This document shows positions 46,090-55,477 of a stretch of DNA of 57,153 nt, one piece after another. Positions within the stretch are counted from its first letter, which is position 1. Every line of letters begins with the position of its first letter. Source of the stretch: Candidatus Omnitrophota bacterium (GTDB taxonomy: Bacteria > Omnitrophota > Gorgyraeia > 2-01-FULL-45-10); assembly GCA_016935115.1 (NCBI GenBank), contig JAFGRN010000002.1, positions 69,748 through 126,900 on the forward strand, in the 5' to 3' direction. The position numbers and the translations under genes are program-made. The notes under the pieces were generated by a model that worked only from the letters and a program-made list of their open reading frames with translations, did no database searches and was not told the DNA's origin.

Positions 46090-47025
46090 CTACAACCTAA
46101 AATAATTCACTGTCTTCGACAGGCCTTGCCGCAGTGTCACTTTCGGTTTCCAACGAAGCATCTTCTTCGCCTTTGATATATCCGGACACCTGACCTTAGG
46201 ATCATCTATTGGCAGGGTTTTATGAACAATCTCGCTTCTTGAGTCAGCCAGTTTTATTATCAATCCCGCAAGTTCCAACAGAGACATTTCATCAGGATTG
46301 CCTATATTAACCGGTTCATGCTCTTTCGACATTATGAGCCTGTATATGCCATCGACAAGATCTGTCACGTAACAGAAACTCCTGCTCTGCCGGCCCGTCC
46401 CGTATATTGTAATGGGCCTGCCAGCCAGAGCCTGGCATATAAAATTAGGTATGGCGCGGCCGTCATTGCGGCGCATCCTGGGCCCGTAGGTATTGAATAT
46501 GCGAACGATCCTGGTATCGAGCCTGTGATAATGGCGGTATGCCATCGTCATGGCTTCGGCAAACCTCTTGGCTTCGTCATAGACTCCGCGCGGGCCTATG
46601 GGATTCACATTGCCCCAATAACTCTCCGGCTGCGGGTTAACCAGGGGATCGCCATAGACTTCGCTCGTCGAAGCCAGCAGGAATTTGGCCCTCTTTACTC
46701 TCGCCAATCCAAGGGCATTGTGCGTGCCAAGGGAGCCGACTTTGAGGGTCTGGATCGGATATTTCAGGTAATCCGCCGGGCTGGCGGGAGAGGCAAAGTG
46801 CAGGATGTAATCCACCCTGCCCTTGACGTCAATATAATCCGACACGTCATGCCTGATAAACTCGAAATCCCTGCTATTCAGGTGATGCCTGATATTCTCC
46901 AGCTTCCCCGTGATGAGATTGTCCATGCAGGCAACCCGGAAACCCTTCTCAAGGAATAGATCGCAGAGATGAGACCCTATAAAGCCCGCGCCGCCTGTTA
47001 TGAGAACTCTCTTCTTATGTTCCAT
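46090..47025 (-). CDS. UDP-glucuronic acid decarboxylase (UDP-xylose synthase)
   Basis: [57 protein letters not shown]. Confidence 0.93.
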   Translation of the reverse strand: MEHKKRVLITGGAGFIGSHLCDLFLEKGFRVACMDNLITGKLENIRHHLNSRDFEFIRHDVSDYIDVKGRVDYILHFASPASPADYLKYPIQTLKVGSLGTHNALGLARVKRAKFLLASTSEVYGDPLVNPQPESYWGNVNPIGPRGVYDEAKRFAEAMTMAYRHYHRLDTRIVRIFNTYGPRMRRNDGRAIPNFICQALAGRPITIYGTGRQSRSFCYVTDLVDGIYRLIMSKEHEPVNIGNPDEMSLLELAGLIIKLADSRSEIVHKTLPIDDPKVRCPDISKAKKMLRWKPKVTLRQGLSKTVNYFRL

Positions 47026-47354
47026 TAATATATTCTATCGCCTTCTTTATCATATATTTCGATATTCAGCGATTCTAGTAACGGCCGCAGCTTTTCATTG
47101 TTATACACCTTCATAATGACGTCTCCCGAACCAATCTCGGTAATATTAAAATCACTGTAACTGCCATTATTATACTTCCTGAGCACAAAGTACTTAACTA
47201 CTGGCGGCTCCGGGTGGGGGACGGGAACCTGTATGCGCTCAATCCGCACCTTGTTCTGCATTCTTAAATATATGGTTCCCGCCTTGAATCCGATCCAGAA
47301 TACAATGAGATAAACACCTAACAGTATAAGCGTAATCTTAATTTTTTTAGCCAT
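47025..47354 (-). CDS. Hypothetical bitopic membrane protein
   Basis: 109 aa: one N-terminal TM helix, Pro-rich linker (VPVPHPEPP), small soluble domain; TAATG coupling to the downstream gene. Confidence 0.6.
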   Translation of the reverse strand: MAKKIKITLILLGVYLIVFWIGFKAGTIYLRMQNKVRIERIQVPVPHPEPPVVKYFVLRKYNNGSYSDFNITEIGSGDVIMKVYNNEKLRPLLESLNIEIYDKEGDRIY

Positions 47355-47950
47355 ATGCCCCCCACGTTATAAACTACCCATATCATAAACGAAACTATAA
47401 ACAACCGGAGAAAATCCCGGGACATTGTGATCGAGTATCCGAATTGAGTCGGCAAAAAGAGAGCCGACAAAAGAAACAGATTTGCTGCCAGGTCGCCAAA
47501 ATACGTTTTCGCGACCCTGAAAAGCATGTATACGCTCAATATGCTCAAGCACACATTTAGGATCCTAATCCATATGGTAGCGTATCCCAGCACAAGGTAT
47601 ATTACCCCTATCATATACACATGCACAATAGACTCGCCTGTGATGCGCGGCAGATTTCCCTGATGGGTCATAAACACGCTTAAGAATGCCGCCTGAACCT
47701 TCTTATCGGCGGGCACCAGATCCCAGGAAATAGAATCCTTCCCATATCCCTGAAGCAAAAGATCGATGTACCTGCCCTTCATCGAATAAAAAATACCGTC
47801 CGGCACCAGGGGGTCTTCACCGGTGACATTGACGTAGATATCGTATGCCGAAGCCATAATAAGCCTCAGCAGAAAGACTATGATTATGAGTTTTTTGTAA
47901 TCCAGCCCGCTAATCCGGCTGCGCCAATCAAAAGATATATCAGTTCGCAT
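47318..47950 (-). CDS. Membrane protein resembling the N-terminal half of a GT-C/Wzy-like protein
   Basis: PD..Y loop followed by IY...G...IRILN..LS..S.Y..F..A...F and S...RD; aligns by eye with residues of about 25-150 of the 28040..29377 protein. Confidence 0.65.
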   Translation of the reverse strand: MRTDISFDWRSRISGLDYKKLIIIVFLLRLIMASAYDIYVNVTGEDPLVPDGIFYSMKGRYIDLLLQGYGKDSISWDLVPADKKVQAAFLSVFMTHQGNLPRITGESIVHVYMIGVIYLVLGYATIWIRILNVCLSILSVYMLFRVAKTYFGDLAANLFLLSALFLPTQFGYSITMSRDFLRLFIVSFMIWVVYNVGGIWLKKLRLRLYC

Positions 47951-48435
47951 GGCATCCCGTGTCTTATGAGCGCTTCGACCACTGAATCATATATACCGAT
48001 CTGAAATGAAATCATGATGAAAATAATCAATAAAAACCAGGTCCTCCCGAAATACCGGACGGCCCCGTACAGAAAAAATGGAAATGCCACCAGGTTCAAA
48101 ACAACCTGCGGGGTGAACGGGCTTATAAACACAGGCTGGAACAGGATATTAAACACGCTGTTAGCCAGGATCTGCGCCAGCATCGCAAGGGGTATCGGTT
48201 CCATCAGCAGTTCCTTCAAATAACTGCCTGTCGGAACTAAAAAATAGTGCTTGGCTGTTACCTCGAGATTTGAAATATGGTGGAGAAAGCGCACCTGAAT
48301 ACCCGCCATGGTTCTGTCTGAAATCACCTCGAGGGCGCGGGTAACCATACCGGAGGATAACGAAAACCCTATGAATAACACTACCAGCGCAATCAAAATA
48401 CAGCTAAATGCGTTTCTAACAAATACCTGCTTCAT
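47884..48435 (-). CDS. Membrane protein resembling the C-terminal half of a GT-C/Wzy-like protein
   Basis: Ends ...YDSVVEALIRHGMPCELIYLLIGAAGL, comparable to SLLDAIGRYAVPLIPLYCILAA of 28040..29377. Start MKQVF at 48435 with GGAG (track 48474). Confidence 0.62.
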   Translation of the reverse strand: MKQVFVRNAFSCILIALVVLFIGFSLSSGMVTRALEVISDRTMAGIQVRFLHHISNLEVTAKHYFLVPTGSYLKELLMEPIPLAMLAQILANSVFNILFQPVFISPFTPQVVLNLVAFPFFLYGAVRYFGRTWFLLIIFIMISFQIGIYDSVVEALIRHGMPCELIYLLIGAAGLAGWITKNS

Positions 48436-48470
48436 TATTTTTTTATCTCCAGATGGGTACGTTAGGCTGT

Positions 48471-50063
48471 TCACAGACGAACGTACTCCAGCTTCACCAG
48501 GCCGACAATGATCTTTTTAAATTTAACATGATCGAATAACTTATAATATAAAGCCCTGATCACTTTATACATCCTCGAAAGATCGGAGGAGCCCGGCTTT
48601 ATCATGACTTTGAATTCCGGATCTCTTGGCCTGTAGCCGCTGATATTGTACTCGGGGAGTTCTATAAAACGCTTATTATCGATAAAGTACCTGCTCCAGT
48701 CCAGCTTGTTATACATATCCAGGCTCATTCCGAAACGCGTCTCATCGTTAAATGCAAGCTTCATCAGCCCCGTATATTCATAGAACCTGTAAAACCTTCC
48801 CATGGCATTCATATCGGATGCCTGATCGTCGAATATGAAGGTGGTATTATTTTTCATGACGCTGCTGGCCCTGAAGTTCTCGACCAGAGACAGCTGTTTA
48901 AACCAGTCCTTTTGATAGTCCACATAGGCCTTAAAATTCACCGAAATGAATAACGCTATCATCAGCGAATATAAAAAAAGGCGAGCATGAGAACCCCATC
49001 TCAACCTATTGCAGAAAAGCCTCATCCCATAATATAGAGCCAGGCTGAATCCCAGAGGCAGTAAGAGCTGATTACGGCTATCCCAATCGATGAACCTCGG
49101 TATATGATCAACCGCAAGATACGGAAATGCCGCGGCAAAGAACAGTATGAGGCCCAGAAAAAATAATTTTATATCACTTTTCCCGCTCAGCGCTGCCGCA
49201 ATTACCGTTTTTGACAAGAACAGAAATACGGCAAAACCAAAGATGATACACAGGCACGCGTTTGAGAGAAACATGTTGAAAGCGTTGTTAATTACGGCGA
49301 CAAAGGAGTCATTGAAAGCCTGTATCGATCTTATCGGCGCGGATAAGACGGAACTCAAAGCAATATTGTTATGCCAGGCATAGAAGTCGCATGGCTTTAA
49401 AAAAACGTTTTTCGCGATCCAAAAAGCCGGCGCTATCACCAGAAAATCCGTGTATCTCAACATACCGACAATAAATTCTCCCGGCGTCCCGATGCGGCCT
49501 CTTTCTTTATACAGAATGAAAAGAATAATCGATACCATATAGAGAACAAGCAGGGAATTGGTGCAAAATGAAATGATAAATATGAGAAGGGTGGCCAGCC
49601 TGAGCATGATACCGCGAGTCTTAAAATACCTGGAAAATAACATAAGGCCCAGGAAGAATGCGAAGTAACTTATCGCGTACGTAAAGGCGCATAAAGCTAT
49701 CCGGGCAAAATTTACAGGAAGGATCGCGAATAATAGAACCACGGACAGTCTGGAGCCATCATCCATCTCTTTTATCTCTTTTAGCGTTTTATTCAGGAAC
49801 AAAGCTGACAGAAGAAATAAAAAAAATACTGCCAGCCTGGGTATAATCAGGGAATCAAAGGAAAAAATGGAGGAGAAGATGTATCCATCCCATGGGTTAC
49901 CATATGACTTCGTCATGTTCATTATGGCCGGCTTCGCCACATGGTAGAAGCACCACCCGTCGATATACACACCGTCGTTGAAGAGCATGATCCCGTAGGC
50001 AAGGGAATAAAAAAGGGATATTATGAAATTTTCGCTCTTGCAGATATATTTCAGGATCTTCAT
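48471..50063 (-). CDS. Multi-pass membrane protein, putative GT-C glycosyltransferase (GtrII-like)
   Basis: YIDGW acidic first loop, about 11 TM helices, SRNQLL motif, C-terminal periplasmic domain. Confidence 0.6.
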   Translation of the reverse strand: MKILKYICKSENFIISLFYSLAYGIMLFNDGVYIDGWCFYHVAKPAIMNMTKSYGNPWDGYIFSSIFSFDSLIIPRLAVFFLFLLSALFLNKTLKEIKEMDDGSRLSVVLLFAILPVNFARIALCAFTYAISYFAFFLGLMLFSRYFKTRGIMLRLATLLIFIISFCTNSLLVLYMVSIILFILYKERGRIGTPGEFIVGMLRYTDFLVIAPAFWIAKNVFLKPCDFYAWHNNIALSSVLSAPIRSIQAFNDSFVAVINNAFNMFLSNACLCIIFGFAVFLFLSKTVIAAALSGKSDIKLFFLGLILFFAAAFPYLAVDHIPRFIDWDSRNQLLLPLGFSLALYYGMRLFCNRLRWGSHARLFLYSLMIALFISVNFKAYVDYQKDWFKQLSLVENFRASSVMKNNTTFIFDDQASDMNAMGRFYRFYEYTGLMKLAFNDETRFGMSLDMYNKLDWSRYFIDNKRFIELPEYNISGYRPRDPEFKVMIKPGSSDLSRMYKVIRALYYKLFDHVKFKKIIVGLVKLEYVRL

Positions 50064-50070
50064 GGCAATC

Positions 50071-51060
50071 CTATTTCTTATTCACCCGGAACCACTCAAC
50101 CGTGCGCTCGAGCCCTTCCCTGAACCCTGTGACTTTACCTATCTTAAGGAGCCGCTTCATCTTCGATATATCGGCGCGCGTCTTACGCACGTCTCCGCTT
50201 CTCTTCGGAGCGAATTTTGCTTCTATATCAGTACCGAGAATCCTATTGAGCTCATTGACTATGCCTATGATGGGTGTCGTCGCGCCGCATGCGATATTAA
50301 AGACCTCTCCCGATATGCCGGGCGTTACGCAGGCCCTCAGGTTTGCCTCAACGACGTTGCCCACGTATGTAAAGTCCCTCGACTGCTTCCCGTCCCATTC
50401 GACAACCGGCCGCTGGCCCTTGGCCATGGTAAAGAGAAACGCCGGGATCACGGCAGAATATTTCGAATCCGGATTCTGTCTCGGGCCGAAGACATTGAAA
50501 TACCTGAGCGAAACTGTTTCAAGGCCGAATGTCCTGGCAAATACGATACAGTAGTGCTCCGCGGCTAATTTCGCCACCCCGTAAGGAGATATCGGCGAAG
50601 GCGTATCCGTCTCTTTCTGCGGGAAGTGCTTTGCGTCACCGTATGCCGAACTCGACGATGCATATACCACCCTTTTTACCTTATGGTCGCGCGAGGCGGC
50701 CAGAAGATTCAGCGTGCCGCGGACGTTTATATCATTGGTGGTGAAAGGGTCGTCGACCGATTTCGGAACCGAACGGAGAGCCGCCTGATGGATCACATAA
50801 TCCACGCCCTTAAGGGCCTTTTCGAGGTCCTTCCTGTCGCGTATATCACCCTTAATAAGCCTGATATGCTTAAGAAATGGTTCCAGGTTCTCCATCTTGC
50901 CGGTGAGAAAATTGTCGAGGACTGTAATTCCGTCGACTTTAGGGACAGTCCCCACCTTGTGAAAACTACCGTCTGGGGACAGTCCCTTCAATCGGACAAG
51001 CTCCTCTACTATATTCGAACCTATGAAACCCGCGCCCCCGGTAACGAGATATTTAGCCAT
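50071..51060 (-). CDS. NAD-dependent epimerase (WbpP-like UDP-GlcNAc(A) 4-epimerase) carrying a short in-frame insertion
   Basis: [54 protein letters not shown]. Confidence 0.9.
   Translation of the reverse strand: MAKYLVTGGAGFIGSNIVEELVRLKGLSPDGSFHKVGTVPKVDGITVLDNFLTGKMENLEPFLKHIRLIKGDIRDRKDLEKALKGVDYVIHQAALRSVPKSVDDPFTTNDINVRGTLNLLAASRDHKVKRVVYASSSSAYGDAKHFPQKETDTPSPISPYGVAKLAAEHYCIVFARTFGLETVSLRYFNVFGPRQNPDSKYSAVIPAFLFTMAKGQRPVVEWDGKQSRDFTYVGNVVEANLRACVTPGISGEVFNIACGATTPIIGIVNELNRILGTDIEAKFAPKRSGDVRKTRADISKMKRLLKIGKVTGFREGLERTVEWFRVNKK
50941..50987. repeat. Palindromic element of two GGGACWGTCCC units, inside a CDS
   Basis: AGGGACAGTCCCCA (50941-50954) and TGGGGACAGTCCCT (50974-50987) form a 14-bp inverted repeat with one mismatch and a 19-nt spacer; each arm is itself palindromic. 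Confidence 0.8.
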
Positions 51061-51064
51061 GTTT

Positions 51065-52369
51065 TTAAAGCCTTATTATTTTGCCGCGCTTGACGGTATT
51101 TTTCAGGACATTCCTTGTATCTATTATCAGCTTCGAGTTCTTAACTATGAAATCGTAATCGACCGCCGTATGGTCGGTCACGATAATGACGCAATCGGCG
51201 GACCTGAATGTCCCCCTGGAAAATTTCGAACAGTGGAGATTGATATTGTGTATTTTAAGGTACGGGAAGAAGGGGTCATAATACGAAACGTCCGCGCCCT
51301 TATTCACCAGCATCTCTATTATCTCCAGGGCCGGGGATTCGCGCAGGTCCTTCACGTCTTTCTTATAGGCCACTCCGACAATGAGCACCCTGGATCCGTT
51401 AAGCGCTTTCTTCTCTGAATTAAGGCCTTCTATAGTCTTGCGCACCACATATTGCGGCATCTTTGAATTCACGTGCGAAGCAAGGTCTATGAAGCGCGCC
51501 TCGAAGCCGTGGACACGGGCCTTCCAGGAAAGGTATATGGGATCGACGGGGATGCAGTGGCCTCCTACGCCAGGGCCGGGATAGAACGGCATAAAACCGT
51601 ACGGCTTAGTCTTCGCGGCGTCGATCACCTCCCAGATATCTATCTTAAGCTTGTCGCACATAAGGAGTATCTCGTTAACCAGCCCTATATTCACTATCCT
51701 GAAAGTATTCTCCAGAAGTTTTACCATCTCCGCGACCCTGGCCGAAGATACCGGCACAACGGTTTCGAGCGCCTGTTCATAGAGGGCCCTGGCCATTTCC
51801 GTCGATTTGGCCGAAATGCCGCCTATTATCTTCGGAGTATTCTTCGTATCATATTTCGGGTTACCGGGATCGACGCGCTCCGGAGAGAAAGCGAGATAGA
51901 AATCTTCCCCTTCCTTTAAACCGTCCTCTTCCAGCACGGGCAGCATGACCTCTTCGGTAGTGCCGGGATAAGTCGTGGATTCCAGCACGATGATCTGGCC
52001 GGGTTTCATGTACTGTTTTATCTTCTTTACGGCTGAGACTATGTAAGAGACATCCGGCTCCCTGGTCTTGTAAAGCGGGGTGGGAACACATATTATGACC
52101 GCGTCGAGCGCCTTTATCACGCTGAAGTCCGTCGTCACCTCAAACGACTTATTGCGGGTCACCGCCGCAAGTTCGGACCTGGGCACATCGAGGATATAAG
52201 ACTCCCCCTTCTTTATCTTGGCGACCCTTCCTTTATCTATATCGATTCCATGGACTTTGAATCCGGCTTTCGCGAATGTCACTCCGAGCGGCAACCCGAC
52301 ATACCCCAGGCCTATTATACCTATCTTTGCTTTCCTGCTAAGTATCCTCTTCTTCAATTCTTTCAGCAT
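51065..52369 (-). CDS. Nucleotide-sugar 6-dehydrogenase (WbpA/WecC-like UDP-GlcNAc dehydrogenase)
   Basis: IGLGYVGLPL, ICVPTP, LESTTYPGTT, AFSPER.DPGN, KLLEN, GPG.GGHCIPVDP. Start MLKELKK at 52369; the track start (52411) lies within a repeat. Confidence 0.93.
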   Translation of the reverse strand: MLKELKKRILSRKAKIGIIGLGYVGLPLGVTFAKAGFKVHGIDIDKGRVAKIKKGESYILDVPRSELAAVTRNKSFEVTTDFSVIKALDAVIICVPTPLYKTREPDVSYIVSAVKKIKQYMKPGQIIVLESTTYPGTTEEVMLPVLEEDGLKEGEDFYLAFSPERVDPGNPKYDTKNTPKIIGGISAKSTEMARALYEQALETVVPVSSARVAEMVKLLENTFRIVNIGLVNEILLMCDKLKIDIWEVIDAAKTKPYGFMPFYPGPGVGGHCIPVDPIYLSWKARVHGFEARFIDLASHVNSKMPQYVVRKTIEGLNSEKKALNGSRVLIVGVAYKKDVKDLRESPALEIIEMLVNKGADVSYYDPFFPYLKIHNINLHCSKFSRGTFRSADCVIIVTDHTAVDYDFIVKNSKLIIDTRNVLKNTVKRGKIIRL

Positions 52370-52384
52370 GAAACCTCTCTTTTT

Positions 52385-52433
52385 AGATTGCTTCGTCAGC
52401 GAGGAAGCCATCTACAGCTTCCTCGCAATGACG
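52385..52433. repeat. Intergenic palindromic element (RPE/REP-like)
   Basis: Perfect 10-bp stem GCGAGGAAGC (52399-52408) / GCTTCCTCGC (52417-52426) with an 8-nt loop, flanked by AGATTGCTTCGTCA and AATGACG; minus strand reads CGTCATTGCGAG...GACGAAGCAATCT, as recalled for RPE-like repeats. Confidence 0.75.
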
Positions 52434-52434
52434 A

Positions 52435-53358
52435 TCAGTTTAATAGATATCTTTTTAACGCGTTTTTCCATCCAGGCATCGCATAACCTGTATATTTACG
52501 GAACTTCGAATTATCCAGCACCGACATGGCCGGCCTCCTGGCCGGACGCGAAAGTTCCCGCGAACTTATAGGCAGGACCTTCGTATTCATCCCGGAAATC
52601 TTTAATATCGACTTCGCGTATCCGAACCATGAAACCTTGCCGGAGTTCGAAACATGATAAATGCCGTAGATCGTAAATCGTGGATCGTCGTTCGTAATTA
52701 TGCCCAACAACGCGTGTATGGCCTTTGCCAGGTCCTTAGTATAAGTCGGGGAACCGACCTGGTCTTTTACTACCCTCAATGGCTGTCCGGCTTTTGCTCT
52801 GGCCGCTATCGTATCTACAAAATTCTTCCCGCGCTTCCCGTACAACCAGCTCGTCCGCACGATCAGGTATCGTTTCAGTATTTTGGCAACATACTCTTCG
52901 CCCCTGAGCTTTGACCGGCCATAGACACTCAGTGGGCCCGTCCTGTCGGATTCCGAATAAGGGCCCTTCTTCTTTCCGTCAAAAACAAAGTCCGTGCTGA
53001 TATAGATAAGGACCGATCCGGCCTTCCTGCAGGCGGCCGCGACATTCTTCGTTCCGGCCGAATTTACCGCAAAAGCCTTTTTGCGGTCAAGTTCGCAGCC
53101 ATCGACATCCGTCCATGCCGCCGAATGGATAACCGCGTCGGGCCTGGCGCGCGCTATGGCATTTCCGACGGATCTCGCGTCGGTAATATCGGCCCTGTAA
53201 AACCTGCCCGGAGCCAATCCGGGACCTCTTACGAGATCGAGCCCGGCCACATCATAGCCGGATCTGAGCTCCCGGCAAAGATCCGCTCCGAGCATTCCGC
53301 TCGAACCGGTTATCAGTACTTTATATCTTTTCGGCACTTTACTAACCGGCCCCACCAT
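52435..53358 (-). CDS. rfbD: dTDP-4-dehydrorhamnose reductase
   Basis: ITGSSGMLG, HSAAWTDVD.CE, YISTDFVFDG, YGRSKL.GE, DQVGSPT. Confidence 0.94.
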   Translation of the reverse strand: MVGPVSKVPKRYKVLITGSSGMLGADLCRELRSGYDVAGLDLVRGPGLAPGRFYRADITDARSVGNAIARARPDAVIHSAAWTDVDGCELDRKKAFAVNSAGTKNVAAACRKAGSVLIYISTDFVFDGKKKGPYSESDRTGPLSVYGRSKLRGEEYVAKILKRYLIVRTSWLYGKRGKNFVDTIAARAKAGQPLRVVKDQVGSPTYTKDLAKAIHALLGIITNDDPRFTIYGIYHVSNSGKVSWFGYAKSILKISGMNTKVLPISSRELSRPARRPAMSVLDNSKFRKYTGYAMPGWKNALKRYLLN

Positions 53359-54293
53359 GCTTTATTATTCCTGTACCACTCAACAGTAAGTTTAAGCGCG
53401 GCGGCAAACTCATAACGCGGTTTCCAACCGAGCGCTTTCATCTTGGAGATATCGAGAGCATAGCGCTTATCATGGCCCGGCCTGTCTTTCACAAACTCTA
53501 TCGAGCTCTCATCCTTACCCAGTATTCCCAGCAGCATCCGCGTAAGCTCAAGATTTGTCGTCTCTCCTCCGATACCAATATTGTAAATATTACCCGCCAA
53601 GCCTTTGTGAAGCACTGTATCTATCGCCTCGCAGTTGTCCGTAACGTACAGCCAATCCCTAATATTCATTCCATCCGCATAGAGGGGGACCTTCTTGCCC
53701 GCCATGAGATTTGTAATAAAGAGCGGTATCACCTTTTCTGGATACTGGTAGGGCCCGAAATTATTCGAACTGCGCGTGATGGCCACCGGCAGTCCGAATG
53801 TCGTAAAATAAGACATCACCAGAAGATCGGCACCGGCTTTTGTGGCCGAATACGGGCTGCGCGGCTCCAGCAGGTCCGTCTCTTTAGAATATCCGCGCTC
53901 AACGCTGCCATATACTTCATCAGTGGATATCTGGAGGAATAATTCCACGCCGGACATTCTTGCCGCTTCCAGGAGCGTATGGGTCCCGAACACATTGGTC
54001 TGCACAAATACGCCCGGATCCTTTATAGACCTGTCGACATGCGATTCGGCCGCGAAATTGATGACCACGTCTGAATCGCGCACCAGCTTCCCGGCCAAAG
54101 CCGCGTCCGTTATATCGCCTTTCACGAAACTGTAATTTTTATGCTTCTCTATGCCTCTCAGATTTTCGAGATTTCCGCAATACGTGAGCTTATCCAGGTT
54201 CACGATCCGGTAATCGGGATATTTATCTATCATGTACCTTATAAAATTGGAACCGATAAACCCGGCTCCGCCCGTAACGAGGAGTCTCTTCAT
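53313..54293 (-). CDS. rfbB: dTDP-glucose 4,6-dehydratase
   Basis: [61 protein letters not shown]. Confidence 0.96.
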   Translation of the reverse strand: MKRLLVTGGAGFIGSNFIRYMIDKYPDYRIVNLDKLTYCGNLENLRGIEKHKNYSFVKGDITDAALAGKLVRDSDVVINFAAESHVDRSIKDPGVFVQTNVFGTHTLLEAARMSGVELFLQISTDEVYGSVERGYSKETDLLEPRSPYSATKAGADLLVMSYFTTFGLPVAITRSSNNFGPYQYPEKVIPLFITNLMAGKKVPLYADGMNIRDWLYVTDNCEAIDTVLHKGLAGNIYNIGIGGETTNLELTRMLLGILGKDESSIEFVKDRPGHDKRYALDISKMKALGWKPRYEFAAALKLTVEWYRNNKAWWGRLVKCRKDIKY

Positions 54294-55027
54294 ATCCTGC
54301 AGTTAGCCTTTTTTTTCGCCACAAGATTATTTGCCCTTAAAAGGGAATCGAAAGTCCCCGCGTCGGTCCACCAGCCGTCGAGATAGCTGTATTCCAGTTC
54401 GCCGCGCTTAAGATAGGCGTTATTTACATCCGTTATCTCAAGCTCCCCCCTGTGAGACGGCTTCAGGGTCTTTATGATATCGAATACCCTGGAATCATAC
54501 ATATATATCCCCACGACGGCGTAATCGGACTTTGGTTTTTTCGGCTTCTCTTCTATCGAAGCTATCTTCTTCCCCCTGAAACCTACCACGCCGAACCTGT
54601 GCGGGTCGTCGACCTTTTTTAACAGTATGCGCGCGCCCCGCGGCTGTCTTTCAAACTCCCTGACCTGGCCGGAGATGCCCTTCTCTATGATATTATCCCC
54701 CAGGACCACCACGATCTTGTCATTGTCGGCAAAATGCCTCGCGAGCCCCAGAGCCTGCGCTATGCCTCCCTCGCCTTCCTGGTAGGTATAGTTTATGTGT
54801 TTTAATCCGAACTCGGCGCCGTCGCCCAGAAGGCGCAGGAACTCTCCCGCGTGCGATCCGCCCGTTACGATCAGGATATCCCGGATCCCTGCGTCTACCA
54901 GCGTCTGGATCGGATAGTATATCATCGGCTTGCAGTATATGGGCAATAGATGCTTGTTCGTTATCTTGGTGAGCGGTGAGAGCCTGGTACCAAGCCCGCC
55001 GGCCAATATTACCCCTTTCATTGCCAT
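54290..55027 (-). CDS. rfbA: Glucose-1-phosphate thymidylyltransferase (short type)
   Basis: GVILAGGLGTRL.PLT..TNKHLLP, LGDN, RFGV, RGELEITD, WTDAGT. Confidence 0.92.
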   Translation of the reverse strand: MAMKGVILAGGLGTRLSPLTKITNKHLLPIYCKPMIYYPIQTLVDAGIRDILIVTGGSHAGEFLRLLGDGAEFGLKHINYTYQEGEGGIAQALGLARHFADNDKIVVVLGDNIIEKGISGQVREFERQPRGARILLKKVDDPHRFGVVGFRGKKIASIEEKPKKPKSDYAVVGIYMYDSRVFDIIKTLKPSHRGELEITDVNNAYLKRGELEYSYLDGWWTDAGTFDSLLRANNLVAKKKANCRI

Positions 55028-55030
55028 AGG

Positions 55031-55477
55031 CTACTTCCTCCAGTCATAGGGTATGTCGTTTTCGTAAGCATCGACCCTAAACTCATCCGCATCTTTGCTG
55101 TTGTACGGCAGGGTTACGGTATTTATTACTACCGCTTCGGAATCGCTTACGCATTTGAAACCATGATAGATCTCTTTCGGAATATGCACCAGCATCGGGT
55201 TCTCCGGGCTGATAACAAAGTCATTCACCTCGCCGTAAGTGGGCGACTTTTTCCTGGCATCAAATAACGCCAGGCGCATCGTTCCTGATATGCATGTGAA
55301 GTTATCATCCTGCTTTTTATGGTAGTGCCATGCCTTGACTACGCCCGGAAACGCTGTCGTCATATATACCTGGCCGAACTTTTCGAAGATGGCATCGTCG
55401 CACCGGAGTATCTCCATGAGCCTCCCGCGATCGTCCGTTATGACCCTCAGCTTCTTGACCTTAACGCCGTCTATCAC
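55031..55477 (-). CDS. rfbC: dTDP-4-dehydrorhamnose 3,5-epimerase
   Basis: DDRG.L.E, VVKAWHYH, DARKKSPT, HGF cupin motifs; GTG start. Confidence 0.92.
   Translation of the reverse strand: MIDGVKVKKLRVITDDRGRLMEILRCDDAIFEKFGQVYMTTAFPGVVKAWHYHKKQDDNFTCISGTMRLALFDARKKSPTYGEVNDFVISPENPMLVHIPKEIYHGFKCVSDSEAVVINTVTLPYNSKDADEFRVDAYENDIPYDWRK

Noticed and set aside
52370-52411. N-terminal extension MASSLTKQSKKRGF of the nucleotide-sugar dehydrogenase
   Set aside because: Arises from the intergenic palindromic element; the ATG at 52369 has its own AGAGG RBS.
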